64,000 nucleotides of DNA, taken from the IMG/VR virus record IMGVR_UViG_3300044972_002389, positions 264,604 through 328,603 of that record. One strand, 5' to 3'. The position numbers and the translations under genes are program-made. The number at the start of each line of letters is the position of its first letter. The first letter of the stretch is position 1. Below the pieces are notes generated by a model. The model worked only from the letters and a program-made list of their open reading frames with translations. It was not told where the DNA came from and searched no databases. Positions 1 through 9,973 of this stretch are shown here, in pieces.

Positions 1-669
1 ACATTTAACAAATACATTTTGACCTTCCACAGACTCACACAATAAATTTGCATCGGAAATTGCTTGTAACATCTTATCATGGCTCAACATTGATTTTTTC
101 AATGCAGACATGCGGCTGCTTGCACTGATCTTGTTTTTGGTTGTTTGTGAGTGTTTTTTGCCACGCATATGACTCCCAAAATCATAACCTTGCTCGTGCA
201 ATGTTTGTTTGGCTTTTGCTGCTCGTTGTTGCATCAATTCTGGATTCTGATGTGCGTAATCTTGCACTCCTTGGCGGATCTGATTCCTAGTAGCAGGGCT
301 CAATATGGCCCCTTTTCTGGGATGAGTATCATTCTGCTGCCATTTGACAGTTCGCGCTGCAACAGCTTTGCGTAGATTTTCAAGATGGTCGGGATCTGTA
401 ACTTTCTTGCCTTTGTTTGACGGAATTTGACCTTCCCGCTTTTCACTCATTTTTTGTAAGCTGGCTTGCGCATGTTTCTTACCAAACATGCCGTTTTTTT
501 CGCCGCTGCGCGCTAAACTACGTTCTTTTTTGTAGTCTGCACAAGCTAAGCTATCACGCCCAAATTTCTGTCGGTATTGTTCACTACTTATTTGATGAGA
601 GAATTTCAAATGAGTGCTGCTGATAATCTTGTCAAATATTTTTTCACATAACTGACACGTTATTGTCAT
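1..669 (-). CDS. Putative homing endonuclease-associated protein (N-terminal Zn finger + NUMOD3 repeats), runs off the window's left edge
   Basis: Not in the ORF track. Manual translation from ATG at 669: MTITCQLCEKIFDKIISSTHLKFSH...GMFGKKHAQASLQKMS...MRGKKHSQTTKNKIS, open to position 1. TAAATA on the minus strand at 698-703. Confidence 0.7.
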   Translation of the reverse strand, partial: MTITCQLCEKIFDKIISSTHLKFSHQISSEQYRQKFGRDSLACADYKKERSLARSGEKNGMFGKKHAQASLQKMSEKREGQIPSNKGKKVTDPDHLENLRKAVAARTVKWQQNDTHPRKGAILSPATRNQIRQGVQDYAHQNPELMQQRAAKAKQTLHEQGYDFGSHMRGKKHSQTTKNKISASSRMSALKKSMLSHDKMLQAISDANLLCESVEGQNVFVKC

Positions 670-795
670 AGCTATTTCCTTCGTTTTAGTATATAGTTAT
701 TTAAGGCTTTATAACAATATCTATCCATAATAATCTGTCTAGACAGACAACAATCCGAACTTAAGCTTAAATACAAGAAAACAATTGCAGGTAAC

Positions 796-1119
796 ATGAC
801 AAGCTCAATTCTTGAATCTGAAGAAATTGACTCAGACCCTCAAACTGACCTTGATTATGAAAGGCAGAGAGTTACTGGTGAGTTGACTAAACTAAGTGTA
901 GCCTTGTTTGAGCACTACAGCTCTACTATGGGGAAAAATGATGCATTGGGTATGTTGATTGAAAGTTTGAGCGAAACCTTAGGCAATATGATCAGTCTTG
1001 TTGCTGATGATCATCAACAAGAAGTTATTGACGGTGCACATTTGGTTATTCTGCAAGGCCTAATCAGTCAACAAGAGAGCATTGCTCTATTGGCTTATGG
1101 TCAAGTGGGGCATGCCTAA
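796..1119 (+). CDS. hypothetical protein
   Basis: 107-aa ORF preceded by TAAATA (768-773) and SD-like GCAGG. Confidence 0.6.
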   Translation: MTSSILESEEIDSDPQTDLDYERQRVTGELTKLSVALFEHYSSTMGKNDALGMLIESLSETLGNMISLVADDHQQEVIDGAHLVILQGLISQQESIALLAYGQVGHA

Positions 1120-1150
1120 AAACTGCCCCTGATTTTTCCACCCTCTCTCC

Positions 1151-1157
1151 ATAAATA
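1151..1157 (+). promoter_or_regulatory. T4-like late promoter (ATAAATA) for the tail tube operon
   Basis: TAAATA core recurs just upstream of many structural genes: 768, 3276, 4176, 7621, 8738, 12227, 23911, 30296, 33997, 38376, 39111, 41486, 43523, 52012, 57303; minus strand 21320, 22371, 27038, 30281, 33980. Confidence 0.75.
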
Positions 1158-1189
1158 AGTTTGCAATAAACAAGTTTCTGGAGTAGAGC

Positions 1190-1771
1190 ATGGTAGAGAC
1201 TCTTTCAAAATTCGGCGTTCCCATCAACGGTGCAAGAAATGGCTTGCTCATGCCGAAGATCAAACATCGCTTCCGTGTGCGAGTAATCAATTTTGGGCCC
1301 ATTGCTGGTGGGTTGGAGTTGACTCAACAGGTAGTTAGTGCAGCCCGGCCCAATGTTTCAATGAACAGCGTTGAGGTACACAGCTACAATTCCATTATGC
1401 ATTACGCTGGTAAGGCAACTTGGCAACAGATGAACATCACTGTTCGTGACGATATTACTAACAGTGTCAGCAAACTCGTGGGTCACCAGCTACAAAAACA
1501 AATGAACTTTTTTGAACAAACAAGTGTTGCTGCGGGCATCAATTACAAGTTTACAACTATTCTTGAAATACTTGATGGCGGCAACGAAACAGTATTTGAA
1601 ACTTGGACTTTGGAAGGTTGTTTCCTTGAAACTGTTGATTATCAATCACTAGAATACAACAGCAGTGACCCCGTGGACATTCAGCTTACTGTGAGATTTG
1701 ACAATGCCACCCTTGCGGATGGGTTGTTTGAACTAAATCCGCAATTTAGACCTGGTGTCAGTATAGGATAA
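1190..1771 (+). CDS. tail tube protein (T4 gp19-like)
   Basis: RFRV, YAGKATWQ.MNITVRDD, WTLEGCF, LEY.SSDPV.IQLTVRFDNA motifs typical of myovirus tail tubes. Confidence 0.85.
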   Translation: MVETLSKFGVPINGARNGLLMPKIKHRFRVRVINFGPIAGGLELTQQVVSAARPNVSMNSVEVHSYNSIMHYAGKATWQQMNITVRDDITNSVSKLVGHQLQKQMNFFEQTSVAAGINYKFTTILEILDGGNETVFETWTLEGCFLETVDYQSLEYNSSDPVDIQLTVRFDNATLADGLFELNPQFRPGVSIG

Positions 1772-1774
1772 CCT

Positions 1775-2800
1775 GTGCCTTTAGCAGCCGATCAAGCGCA
1801 ACAGCAAACCTCTAATGAACTAGGCGCATCAGCAGGAAGCCGTACTTACTATCGCGGCCTCCCTTTGATCTTGCGCAACAGTAGGTATGCTACAAAACAT
1901 ACAAAAACCAATCGTGTCATTAGTGCAATGCCACGTCAAAAGTTTTTGTTTTATGCAAGCTTCAATGCTGGGCCTGCCATCAGCTCCTTGAGAGAATTCA
2001 GCAGTTGGCAATCAGGATTTGCCTTCCAAATCAAAACTATTGATAGGCCTAAATTCTCTCCTGAGGCTAAAATCCTAAAACAATACAATCGTAAGCGTGT
2101 TGTCTACACTGGTATCGACTATTCAGATTTGAATATCATTTTGCACGACACTGTTGATGACCGAGTATTACGGGTGTGGAGAGATTACTACAACTGGTAT
2201 TTTGGGGATGGAAGACTGCGGCCTAATAGTAGAATAGGCAATGCAGTGGCTTGGCGAAGCAGCGTAATTGAAAAAGAGTTTAGTATCGGAAGTGGCTGGG
2301 GATTCAGTCCACAACCAGGCCCTGACACTAACTTTTTTGAAAGTCTTGACATTTACACCTTTTATGGTGGCAAGTACACCAAAATGCGAGTATACAATCC
2401 AAAAGTGTCCAGTCTTGAGTTTGACAGCTTGGAAACAGAAAGCAGTGCCCTTAACACAATCAACATGACTGTCAAGCATGAAGGTGTAGCTTTTGAGGAA
2501 GTAGCTTATAAATTAACTCCTGAATTGATCAGCAAATTTGATTTAGATGGCGGTGACTATTATGAGCCTGCAGACATGTTTGGCGGTGTGAACACCTTTT
2601 TGTTGGAATTGGATGACAGCATTCAAAACACATTGGATGGGCTGCTCAACAATGTTGCCAGCAACGTACCTTTTGTGGGACAGGTGTTGAGCAGTCTTGG
2701 ATCACGTGCCATAACTGCAAGTGGAATAACAGGCATTGGGGGCAGAGTCGCACAGCGACTGGGGTCAAGTGCATTGAGTAGATGGGGGAGATTCATCTAA
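1775..2800 (+). CDS. tail tube-like baseplate/tube initiator protein (gp48/gp54-like)
   Basis: IKTIDRPKF...QYNRKRVVYTGIDYSDLNIILHD pattern of the tube-fold family; adjacent to the tail tube gene. Confidence 0.6.
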   Translation: MPLAADQAQQQTSNELGASAGSRTYYRGLPLILRNSRYATKHTKTNRVISAMPRQKFLFYASFNAGPAISSLREFSSWQSGFAFQIKTIDRPKFSPEAKILKQYNRKRVVYTGIDYSDLNIILHDTVDDRVLRVWRDYYNWYFGDGRLRPNSRIGNAVAWRSSVIEKEFSIGSGWGFSPQPGPDTNFFESLDIYTFYGGKYTKMRVYNPKVSSLEFDSLETESSALNTINMTVKHEGVAFEEVAYKLTPELISKFDLDGGDYYEPADMFGGVNTFLLELDDSIQNTLDGLLNNVASNVPFVGQVLSSLGSRAITASGITGIGGRVAQRLGSSALSRWGRFI

Positions 2801-3270
2801 TGGTTCAAGATCTCATAACCAGGAATTTGATTGATCAATCAAATAATTTTGGTCAAGAAAGTATCGTTGTAAATGTGCAAGGCACAAGACAGTTTCAAAA
2901 TCCCGCAACAGGTGAATTGCAAAACCGTCCCATCAATGCCAGTGCATATGATTTACAAAATAGCCCACTTGATAACAGTTTCCAAATCAATCCCGAAAAC
3001 TATGCGATCGCCAAAAGCATGTTCTCAGGGCAAGCAGTTCCTGAAAATCTCAGCAACACTTATGGCGCTATTGCTGCGGTAACTGCAAAAAGCATAAACA
3101 AAAATCCACAGAGCTTGTTCAAAAACGGTGTTATGACGCCAGACCTGTTGGAGAATTTGAATTTTTTTCGATCAGCAGCAAGTCAAATAGGTTACAACAA
3201 TGGGCCGCCTGATCCCCCGTATGTCAATAATTTGATGCTCAACGCAAAGATTTTGGCACAAACAACATAA
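2800..3270 (+). CDS. hypothetical (probable virion) protein
   Basis: ATG overlaps the upstream stop (TAATG at 2798-2802). Confidence 0.55.
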   Translation: MVQDLITRNLIDQSNNFGQESIVVNVQGTRQFQNPATGELQNRPINASAYDLQNSPLDNSFQINPENYAIAKSMFSGQAVPENLSNTYGAIAAVTAKSINKNPQSLFKNGVMTPDLLENLNFFRSAASQIGYNNGPPDPPYVNNLMLNAKILAQTT

Positions 3271-3286
3271 GATTCTAAATAGATGC

Positions 3287-3721
3287 ATGGCAATAAAATA
3301 CAGTCAAGGCACCTTCACACCGAAAAATCCTGGAAAAGTGGTTGGTAATCCCTCACCTACCTTCCGTAGTTCTTGGGAATTAGCATGCATGCATTTTTTT
3401 GATACTCATCCCAGCATAATTCAATGGGCTAGTGAATTTATCAAAATACCCTACAAAAACCCCTTAACAGGCAAACAAAGTCTCTATGTGCCTGATTTCC
3501 TAATTGTATATCAGGACAAAGCTGGTAACAACATAGGTGAGCTGATTGAAATCAAGCCCAAAAAAGAAACCTTGATGGAAAATGCCAAAAGCAAAAGAGA
3601 TAAAGCGTTTGTAATTGTGAATACAGCAAAATGGGCTGCTGCATTTGCTTGGGCAAATAAACAGGGTTTGAAATTTAGAGTTGTGAATGAAGACAGCATA
3701 TTCAAGCAAAAAGGCAAATAA
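3287..3721 (+). CDS. head completion nuclease (T4 gp4-like, TnsA-type PD-(D/E)XK)
   Basis: FRSSWE, WASE..IPY, YVPDF, EIKP, N.AKW.AA motifs. Confidence 0.85.
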   Translation: MAIKYSQGTFTPKNPGKVVGNPSPTFRSSWELACMHFFDTHPSIIQWASEFIKIPYKNPLTGKQSLYVPDFLIVYQDKAGNNIGELIEIKPKKETLMENAKSKRDKAFVIVNTAKWAAAFAWANKQGLKFRVVNEDSIFKQKGK

Positions 3722-4182
3722 TGGGACGTTTTGATCAACTGGAACAAACTTTTGACTTGCCTAGACTGGAAGACAGCATATCTCCTCAAGAGTTGTTGGA
3801 AACCAGTCTTGAGAAAGCAAAAGATTTGGTTAAGGAATTCAAGGATCAAGATGCTGGTGAAGTTCATGACGATGAAATGAACGAAATTGCCAGTTTGGCG
3901 ATAGAGTGGGGCAAGAATTTAAATGATCTCGGCATGACAGTTGAAATGCGACACGCAGGGGAAATTTTCACAGCCAGCGCAACAATGCTGAAAGTTGCCT
4001 TGGATGCCCGGAACAGCAAAATGGACCGACGTTTGAAACAATTGAAATTGGATTTAGACCGATTGAAATTGGAAAAAGCTTTCCCAGATAAAAATGAGGA
4101 AGTTGATACAGGGAATATCAAAGTTTTGGACCGTAACGCATTGCTGGAACAATTGCGAGAGTTCAGCAGAGAAACTAAATAG
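3721..4182 (+). CDS. hypothetical protein, possible terminase small subunit
   Basis: Helical 153-aa protein in the packaging cluster; weak resemblance only. Confidence 0.35.
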   Translation: MGRFDQLEQTFDLPRLEDSISPQELLETSLEKAKDLVKEFKDQDAGEVHDDEMNEIASLAIEWGKNLNDLGMTVEMRHAGEIFTASATMLKVALDARNSKMDRRLKQLKLDLDRLKLEKAFPDKNEEVDTGNIKVLDRNALLEQLREFSRETK

Positions 4183-4204
4183 AGGAAGAATTGAAAGTAG
4201 TGCT

Positions 4205-5023
4205 ATGAAAAGTTTCAAAACATATTTGGAAGAAGCTCAAAAACAATACGACTTCCGCATCAAAATGGTGGTTCCGCCCACAGATGAGCATATGGATGAC
4301 ATGGAGCGGCTGTTAAGTAGATACAACCTCATCAGCATTGGCACTCCAGTGAAGATCTCTCCCAAGCAAGATGCTATGGAGTTCCGGGACATTGAAAATG
4401 CTGATGTTTGGTATATTGATGCTGTAATTGGCATCCCTTTCAGCGCATACATTCTTCAACAAGAACTTCGTGCTGCATTGAATATTCCTGAAAAGTTTTT
4501 GGTTGTGCGTAATGACAACGAGCCTATTGAAGTTGAAAGTCAAAAGATGCAAATCCTAAGCCTATTGGACAAAATGGCTGATGAAAAAGGTTTAACACAA
4601 AAAGCCAGCTTGTTGAGCACAGATAATGAATATCTAGATGCTGAACAGCCAGTTGTCAAAGACGCATTTGGGGACAAATACAACAAAAAATTTCTCAGTT
4701 ATCTGGCAGACGTTGCAGCTTCTCGGAAACCCCAAGAGTTTGAAACCCTCAGCAGTCACATTTCAGTTAAGGAATTGAAAGCTGCTCGGCAAGAACCCAC
4801 TCAAGACTTGGCAGATTTTAACGACAAGCATGATACACCAAAGCCTGTAACAAAATCCAAAAAATCCAACAAAATGCCAGTTGACAGCAAATTTTTGACT
4901 AGCAGTGGAAATTTTGATGACGACAGCAAGACCTACTTCACAGCACGCAAAAATCGCAGTGGGAAAACAGTAACCATGAGCATGCAAGCTGACGAAATCA
5001 GGCATCCTAGAAAAGGCAAGTAA
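4205..5023 (+). CDS. hypothetical virion/head protein
   Basis: Start MKSFKTYLEE after TAAATA at 4176; N-terminus resembles a T4-type capsid-targeting leader. Confidence 0.55.
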   Translation: MKSFKTYLEEAQKQYDFRIKMVVPPTDEHMDDMERLLSRYNLISIGTPVKISPKQDAMEFRDIENADVWYIDAVIGIPFSAYILQQELRAALNIPEKFLVVRNDNEPIEVESQKMQILSLLDKMADEKGLTQKASLLSTDNEYLDAEQPVVKDAFGDKYNKKFLSYLADVAASRKPQEFETLSSHISVKELKAARQEPTQDLADFNDKHDTPKPVTKSKKSNKMPVDSKFLTSSGNFDDDSKTYFTARKNRSGKTVTMSMQADEIRHPRKGK

Positions 5024-5025
5024 TT

Positions 5026-5766
5026 ATGGAATCAAATCGATATAATTTAACTATTTCAACCAAAGACATTCCCAGCAAGAGTGCTAGTGTTAGCACTGAC
5101 GATGCAGGTGATGTGATGAGGTTGATGCAGCTGGCTGGGCAAGGTAGTGACAAAAGATATAATGCATCAATAACATCTGCCAGTCAAAATCCCAATGATG
5201 CTGCTTCCATGACCGTAAACACTTGTGAGCCTGACGATGTTATGCGCTTGTTGCAGTTGGCTGGGGTTCCTCATATGACACAATCTAAAGCTTGTGGCTG
5301 TGATGGCCCTTGCGACTGTGATGTAGGAAAAGCTTGCGGCTGCCAAGGACCTTGCGATTGTGGAGACAGCGGCGTAGATGCCACGTCTCCAGAGGTAGTT
5401 GTTATGGAACAACAGGCTGAGTATGATTATGGCCACAAAGACCCTACTGAAGAAACTAAAGAATTTGACATAAAAGACTATAACTTCAAGGGACGTGGCG
5501 ATCTGCCTGAACGTTTGACAAATGCGCGATTTGGCAGCAATGCTTTGAAATCAGAAATGCGTGAAAGTATTCATGCCCGTTTAGTAGCAGCCTACAACGA
5601 CTTCATAAATGAAAGTGAACAGCGTGTAAATGCAGATGGTCGGGCCAGCCCTCTAACAGCTACAAAACGTGATGAGTTTTTGAAAGATCCCTACACTGAA
5701 GAACCTGACACTGACGGCAGTGAAAGCCCTTTGACTGATATCAAACGGCAACACATAAATCGATAA
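5026..5766 (+). CDS. hypothetical protein with internal duplication and Cys-rich repeats
   Basis: DVMRL(M/L)QLAG twice; KACGC(D/Q)GPCDC twice. Confidence 0.6.
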   Translation: MESNRYNLTISTKDIPSKSASVSTDDAGDVMRLMQLAGQGSDKRYNASITSASQNPNDAASMTVNTCEPDDVMRLLQLAGVPHMTQSKACGCDGPCDCDVGKACGCQGPCDCGDSGVDATSPEVVVMEQQAEYDYGHKDPTEETKEFDIKDYNFKGRGDLPERLTNARFGSNALKSEMRESIHARLVAAYNDFINESEQRVNADGRASPLTATKRDEFLKDPYTEEPDTDGSESPLTDIKRQHINR

Positions 5767-5771
5767 TTTGC

Positions 5772-6017
5772 ATGCTGATACGTCGCACGACAATAGTAAC
5801 ACTGGACATTTTTTATTATCGACCTGATTATCAACACCTGATTCAGGAATTTGTGTGGACGTTGGATGACTACGTTCCAGAATTGCAGCGAACACAAGCG
5901 TTCTTGCAATTCTGGAAACAAAATATTGATGCAGTGATAAAAGAAATATTATTGGGTGTCAGCGGAGAAACACCTCGTAAACTGGAAGCAGTTGACCATT
6001 TGTTCCGCTTGTATTAG
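5772..6017 (+). CDS. usg: Usg-family protein
   Basis: T.DIFYYRPDYQHLIQEFVW...DYVPEL...FLQFWKQNID matches the alphaproteobacterial Usg pattern (ILY.MPDHP.LLQ.YVWQ.YD..P.FP.L..FL.FW). Confidence 0.7.
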   Translation: MLIRRTTIVTLDIFYYRPDYQHLIQEFVWTLDDYVPELQRTQAFLQFWKQNIDAVIKEILLGVSGETPRKLEAVDHLFRLY

Positions 6018-6019
6018 AG

Positions 6020-7615
6020 ATGCTACAAAATAACACTGATCCAGTCCTAATAAAAAAGCCGCACCAACAGTTGCGACTGACTGCACACCAAGAGGCTGAG
6101 TTCCTCAAGTGTGCTATCAATCCCTTGTATTTTATAGACAACTACATATACATTCGACATAGCACCAAAGGCAGAGTGCCCTTCAAACTGTTTGACTATC
6201 AAAAAGACTTGGTTTTGACCTACTGGCAAAACCGCCAAGTTATAGCTATGTGCTCAAGACAGTTGGGGAAGACAGAAACAGCAGCCAGCTTCATGTTATG
6301 GTTCGCAACGTTCCAAAAAGATGTGAATATTTTGATCGCTGCCAATAATTTTCGCGCAGCTACCGAGATTATGGATCGCATCAAATTCAGTTATGAAGAA
6401 CTTCCTGACTGGTTAAAAGCTGGTGTTGTGACCTACAACGTGCAAAAGATTGTTTTTGACAACGGCAGCAAGATTGAAAGTGCTACTACCACTCCTTCAA
6501 CAGGACGTGGTAAATCCATCAGCTTGTTATATTTGGACGAGATGGCATTCGTTAAGCCTCGAATTGCTGAAGAGTTTTGGAGTGCCATCAGCCCAACTCT
6601 AGCCACTGGAGGAAAATGCATTATCACTAGCACTCCCAACAGTGATGAGGACCCATTTGCACAAATTTGGTATAGCAGTAATCGTACAATTGACGAATTT
6701 GGGAACGAACTGCCTGATGGACTGGGAGCAAATGGATTCAAAGCATTTGTTGCCAAATGGAATCAACATCCTGATCGAGACGAAGACTGGGCCAAAAAAG
6801 AGCGTGCCAAAATTGGTTATGAAAAGTTTGAGCGTGAATATGAACTGCGGTTCCTAACAGCAGACAGCACCTTGATTGACAGTCAGTGTCTAGCAGGACT
6901 GGTTTCAACTGAACCCTTGTTCAAAACCAACCATATACGATGGTGGGAAAAGCCTCAAGCCAACAACATTTATCTCATTAGCCTTGATCCATCAGCTGGC
7001 GTGGGCTTGGACTCAGCAGCTATACAAGTATGGCGATTGCCAGAAATGGCTCAGGTTGCTGAATGGATGCATAACCGCAGTGATGTTGCTACACAATTGA
7101 AAATGATTGTACAAATTACCAGCTTCATCGAACGAGAAATGCGAGCACAACCCCAGCAAATAAGCGAACCAGAAATATTCTGGACATTTGAAAACAACAG
7201 TTATGGGCAGGCTGTTATTGAACTTTTAAATGAAGCAGGATGGGACGTAGTACCAGCGCAATTGATGAGTGAACCCAATCAAAGTGGATCAAAGTTCAGG
7301 AAAGGATTGAATACAAATGGGCGCACAAAGAATCAAGCTGTAACCAAACTCAAAAGTTTGATAGAAGGCAATCGCCTCCAAATCAAGAGCAAGCCTTTGA
7401 TCTCAGAACTGAAAAACTATGTTACCAAAGGCGGAAGCTTTGCAGCCAAAAGTGGAGAACACGATGACTTGGTCAGTGCACTATTGATGATAGTAAGAAT
7501 GAGTCAGCTTATAGCAAGATGGGACGACAGCACAGCATCACAAATCAGGAATAATGATTTAGTGGAGGTTGATGATTTGATGGAGCCTTTGCCAATAGCT
7601 GTTAGCATCTGGTAA
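6020..7615 (+). CDS. terminase large subunit (T4 gp17-like)
   Basis: SRQLGKT Walker A, LLYLDEMAF Walker B, ITSTPN, nuclease LDPSAG, FENN and HDDLV motifs. Confidence 0.95.
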   Translation: MLQNNTDPVLIKKPHQQLRLTAHQEAEFLKCAINPLYFIDNYIYIRHSTKGRVPFKLFDYQKDLVLTYWQNRQVIAMCSRQLGKTETAASFMLWFATFQKDVNILIAANNFRAATEIMDRIKFSYEELPDWLKAGVVTYNVQKIVFDNGSKIESATTTPSTGRGKSISLLYLDEMAFVKPRIAEEFWSAISPTLATGGKCIITSTPNSDEDPFAQIWYSSNRTIDEFGNELPDGLGANGFKAFVAKWNQHPDRDEDWAKKERAKIGYEKFEREYELRFLTADSTLIDSQCLAGLVSTEPLFKTNHIRWWEKPQANNIYLISLDPSAGVGLDSAAIQVWRLPEMAQVAEWMHNRSDVATQLKMIVQITSFIEREMRAQPQQISEPEIFWTFENNSYGQAVIELLNEAGWDVVPAQLMSEPNQSGSKFRKGLNTNGRTKNQAVTKLKSLIEGNRLQIKSKPLISELKNYVTKGGSFAAKSGEHDDLVSALLMIVRMSQLIARWDDSTASQIRNNDLVEVDDLMEPLPIAVSIW

Positions 7616-7649
7616 TCTCTTAAATATTGGAATAGAGAAGGGATAGAGT

Positions 7650-8717
7650 ATGGCAACACCTCATGAAGAGATGGCCCAATTGATTTTTGATGTTTTGAGT
7701 GGCAAGGGTCATGAAATTTATATGTACGATGAAAAAGGCAATCAAGTTTTTGATCCCAAGAAAAGCGATCGCCTTTGGAGTAACAATGAAAAGTTGATGG
7801 TTTCTCTAGGATATACCAAAGGCAAGCCACCTAAACCCTTGGTTACATTTTATACGAGTGATGTAACAGACAAAAAAAGGTTCAAGGATATCAAATTTGC
7901 CTTGAAGAGACACAATCCATGGGACTTCAGTTTTGACACCGAGCATTTTGCTCGTACGCTTGAGCCACGTCATTTCAAACACATGAACGTAACAGAAACT
8001 CATTCTTGGAGTGGAAGCACACGCACTAGCTATTTTCCCATCAATGGCGTATTGGTTGTAATCAAGCACTCAAGGCCTTGGCACAAAGACAATCTTGATC
8101 AAGCCCAACGCTGGCGCAGAATCAAACAGGTTATGCTCCATACTCCAACAGGAGAAAGATTTAAATTTCCGTTGAACCATGTGCTGGGAGCCAAAGCTAT
8201 GGCACAGCATCTAAGCCAACAAAAATCCATGCACGACGCTGAAGGAACTTTGATTCAAGATTTGACCAAATCCCTACAAAACATGAGTGCACTTCAACGT
8301 CGGGCACGTAGACTGGGGTCCACAAGCTTGCTGAATGAAATCAGCACAACTCGTGGACAAATCAAAAAGCTCTTGGGACAAATGGCAGAAACACGCTCCT
8401 ACAATGAGGGTGTTAGTAAGGCCAGAAAAATGTTGACTGATTGGAAACACCCTACAACATCATTGCCATTGACTTTCCGTGAAGCCAAAGACATGATGGG
8501 TTGGTTGGAAAGTTTTGATCTCCAGATAAGTGAAAATGAATCAAAAACAGACCAAGTGAAAGCTGCTTGGGTAGCAAGTGATGGCAACAAATATGAAACC
8601 CTAGACTACTTGAAAAGAAATGTTCCAGGGTGGGAAAGCCGCTTTGAAGCCGATCCATCTGCTGTGACAGCAGAGTTGGATGAAATAATTGAACAATTGA
8701 AAAAATCAGAAAAATAA
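7650..8717 (+). CDS. hypothetical protein
   Basis: 355-aa ORF after TAAATA at 7621. Confidence 0.6.
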   Translation: MATPHEEMAQLIFDVLSGKGHEIYMYDEKGNQVFDPKKSDRLWSNNEKLMVSLGYTKGKPPKPLVTFYTSDVTDKKRFKDIKFALKRHNPWDFSFDTEHFARTLEPRHFKHMNVTETHSWSGSTRTSYFPINGVLVVIKHSRPWHKDNLDQAQRWRRIKQVMLHTPTGERFKFPLNHVLGAKAMAQHLSQQKSMHDAEGTLIQDLTKSLQNMSALQRRARRLGSTSLLNEISTTRGQIKKLLGQMAETRSYNEGVSKARKMLTDWKHPTTSLPLTFREAKDMMGWLESFDLQISENESKTDQVKAAWVASDGNKYETLDYLKRNVPGWESRFEADPSAVTAELDEIIEQLKKSEK

Positions 8718-8832
8718 CTTGTAAGAACTATCAATACTAAATAAGCTTGTTAGTGACAACAAAACAGTGTTTTGTTGTCTCTATCCTGAAAACATATAGA
8801 CACTTTAATAGGCACATAGAAAGAAAAATACA

Positions 8833-9906
8833 ATGGCACTATCATTAGCTCAAATTCGTGAAAAACTACTTGAACAACAAAATTCAAAAGACCGCGCTCG
8901 TACAGGTGGCGGTGGTGGGGATAAAGCAAATTATCCCTTCTGGAGCAATCCAGACGGCAGCACAGCAACACTACGATTTCTTCCAGACGGCGATACCAGT
9001 AATGATTTCTTTTGGGTTGAACGGCTGATCACGCGTCTTCCCTTCCCAAGTATCAAAGGTCAAGCTTCAACTGGTCGTCCAATTGAAGTGCAAGTGCCTT
9101 GCGTTGACATGTGGAAGCCTGGCAGTTGCCCAATCAATGCAGAGATTCGTCCCTGGTGGAAGGGCGGCAAAGAAATGGAGGACATGGCACGCAAGTATTG
9201 GCGCAAAAAGTCATTTTTGTTCCAGGGCTTTGTGACACAGAATCCCAATCCTGAGGATCTAGCCAATCTTCCAGAAAATCCCATTCGGCGCTTTGTGATC
9301 AATCCCAGTGTGTTTGATCGCATCAAGACAGTGTTTCTTGACCAAGAGATTGAAAACAACCCCATTGACTATGACAACGGGCTGGATTTCCGTTTGGTAA
9401 AGGGGAGCAAGGGTGCGTATGCTGACTATGGTACCAGCTCTTGGGCGCGTCGTGAGCGAGCACTGAGTGACGATGAACGCTCAGCTATTGATCAATATGG
9501 GCTGTTTGCTCTCAGCAACTATCTGCCCAAGCGTCCAGATGAGGCACACATGCAGGTTATTATGGACATGTTCCATGATTCAGTTGATGAGAAGCCATAC
9601 GATCCAGACAAGTATGCACAGTTTTACAAGCCTTTTGGCCTACAAACTGATAACGACTCTGGCTCATCTATGGCACGTGATGTTGCAGGAGCAGAGAAAC
9701 GGTTTTCCAAACCATCAACTACTCCCCGTAACATTAGTGTGACAGCGCCATCAGCATCTGCTGATGTTGCTGATGCACCATTCGACGGTGCAAAAGCTGT
9801 ATCCTCAACCACTGCACCAGTTGCAGAAAGTGGAGAAGCCAAGAAGATGACGAGCCCAGAAGACATTCTGGCTGCACTACGTCGTAGGCAACAAGCCAAG
9901 GCATAA
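8833..9906 (+). CDS. single-stranded DNA-binding protein (T4 gp32-like)
   Basis: LRFLPDGD, VPC...CP, YWRKKS..FQGFV, GLDFRLVK..KG.YADY..S.W; directly upstream of uvsX. Confidence 0.85.
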   Translation: MALSLAQIREKLLEQQNSKDRARTGGGGGDKANYPFWSNPDGSTATLRFLPDGDTSNDFFWVERLITRLPFPSIKGQASTGRPIEVQVPCVDMWKPGSCPINAEIRPWWKGGKEMEDMARKYWRKKSFLFQGFVTQNPNPEDLANLPENPIRRFVINPSVFDRIKTVFLDQEIENNPIDYDNGLDFRLVKGSKGAYADYGTSSWARRERALSDDERSAIDQYGLFALSNYLPKRPDEAHMQVIMDMFHDSVDEKPYDPDKYAQFYKPFGLQTDNDSGSSMARDVAGAEKRFSKPSTTPRNISVTAPSASADVADAPFDGAKAVSSTTAPVAESGEAKKMTSPEDILAALRRRQQAKA

Positions 9907-9916
9907 TTGGCCTTAA

Positions 9917-9948
9917 GAAGGTGGAAACTAAGTTTCCACCTTCATTTT
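9917..9948 (+). terminator. intrinsic terminator-like hairpin
   Basis: GAAGGTGGAAAC-TAA-GTTTCCACCTTC followed by ATTTT. Confidence 0.6.
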
Positions 9949-9973
9949 CTCTCAAGCATAAAAAGGAACAAAT

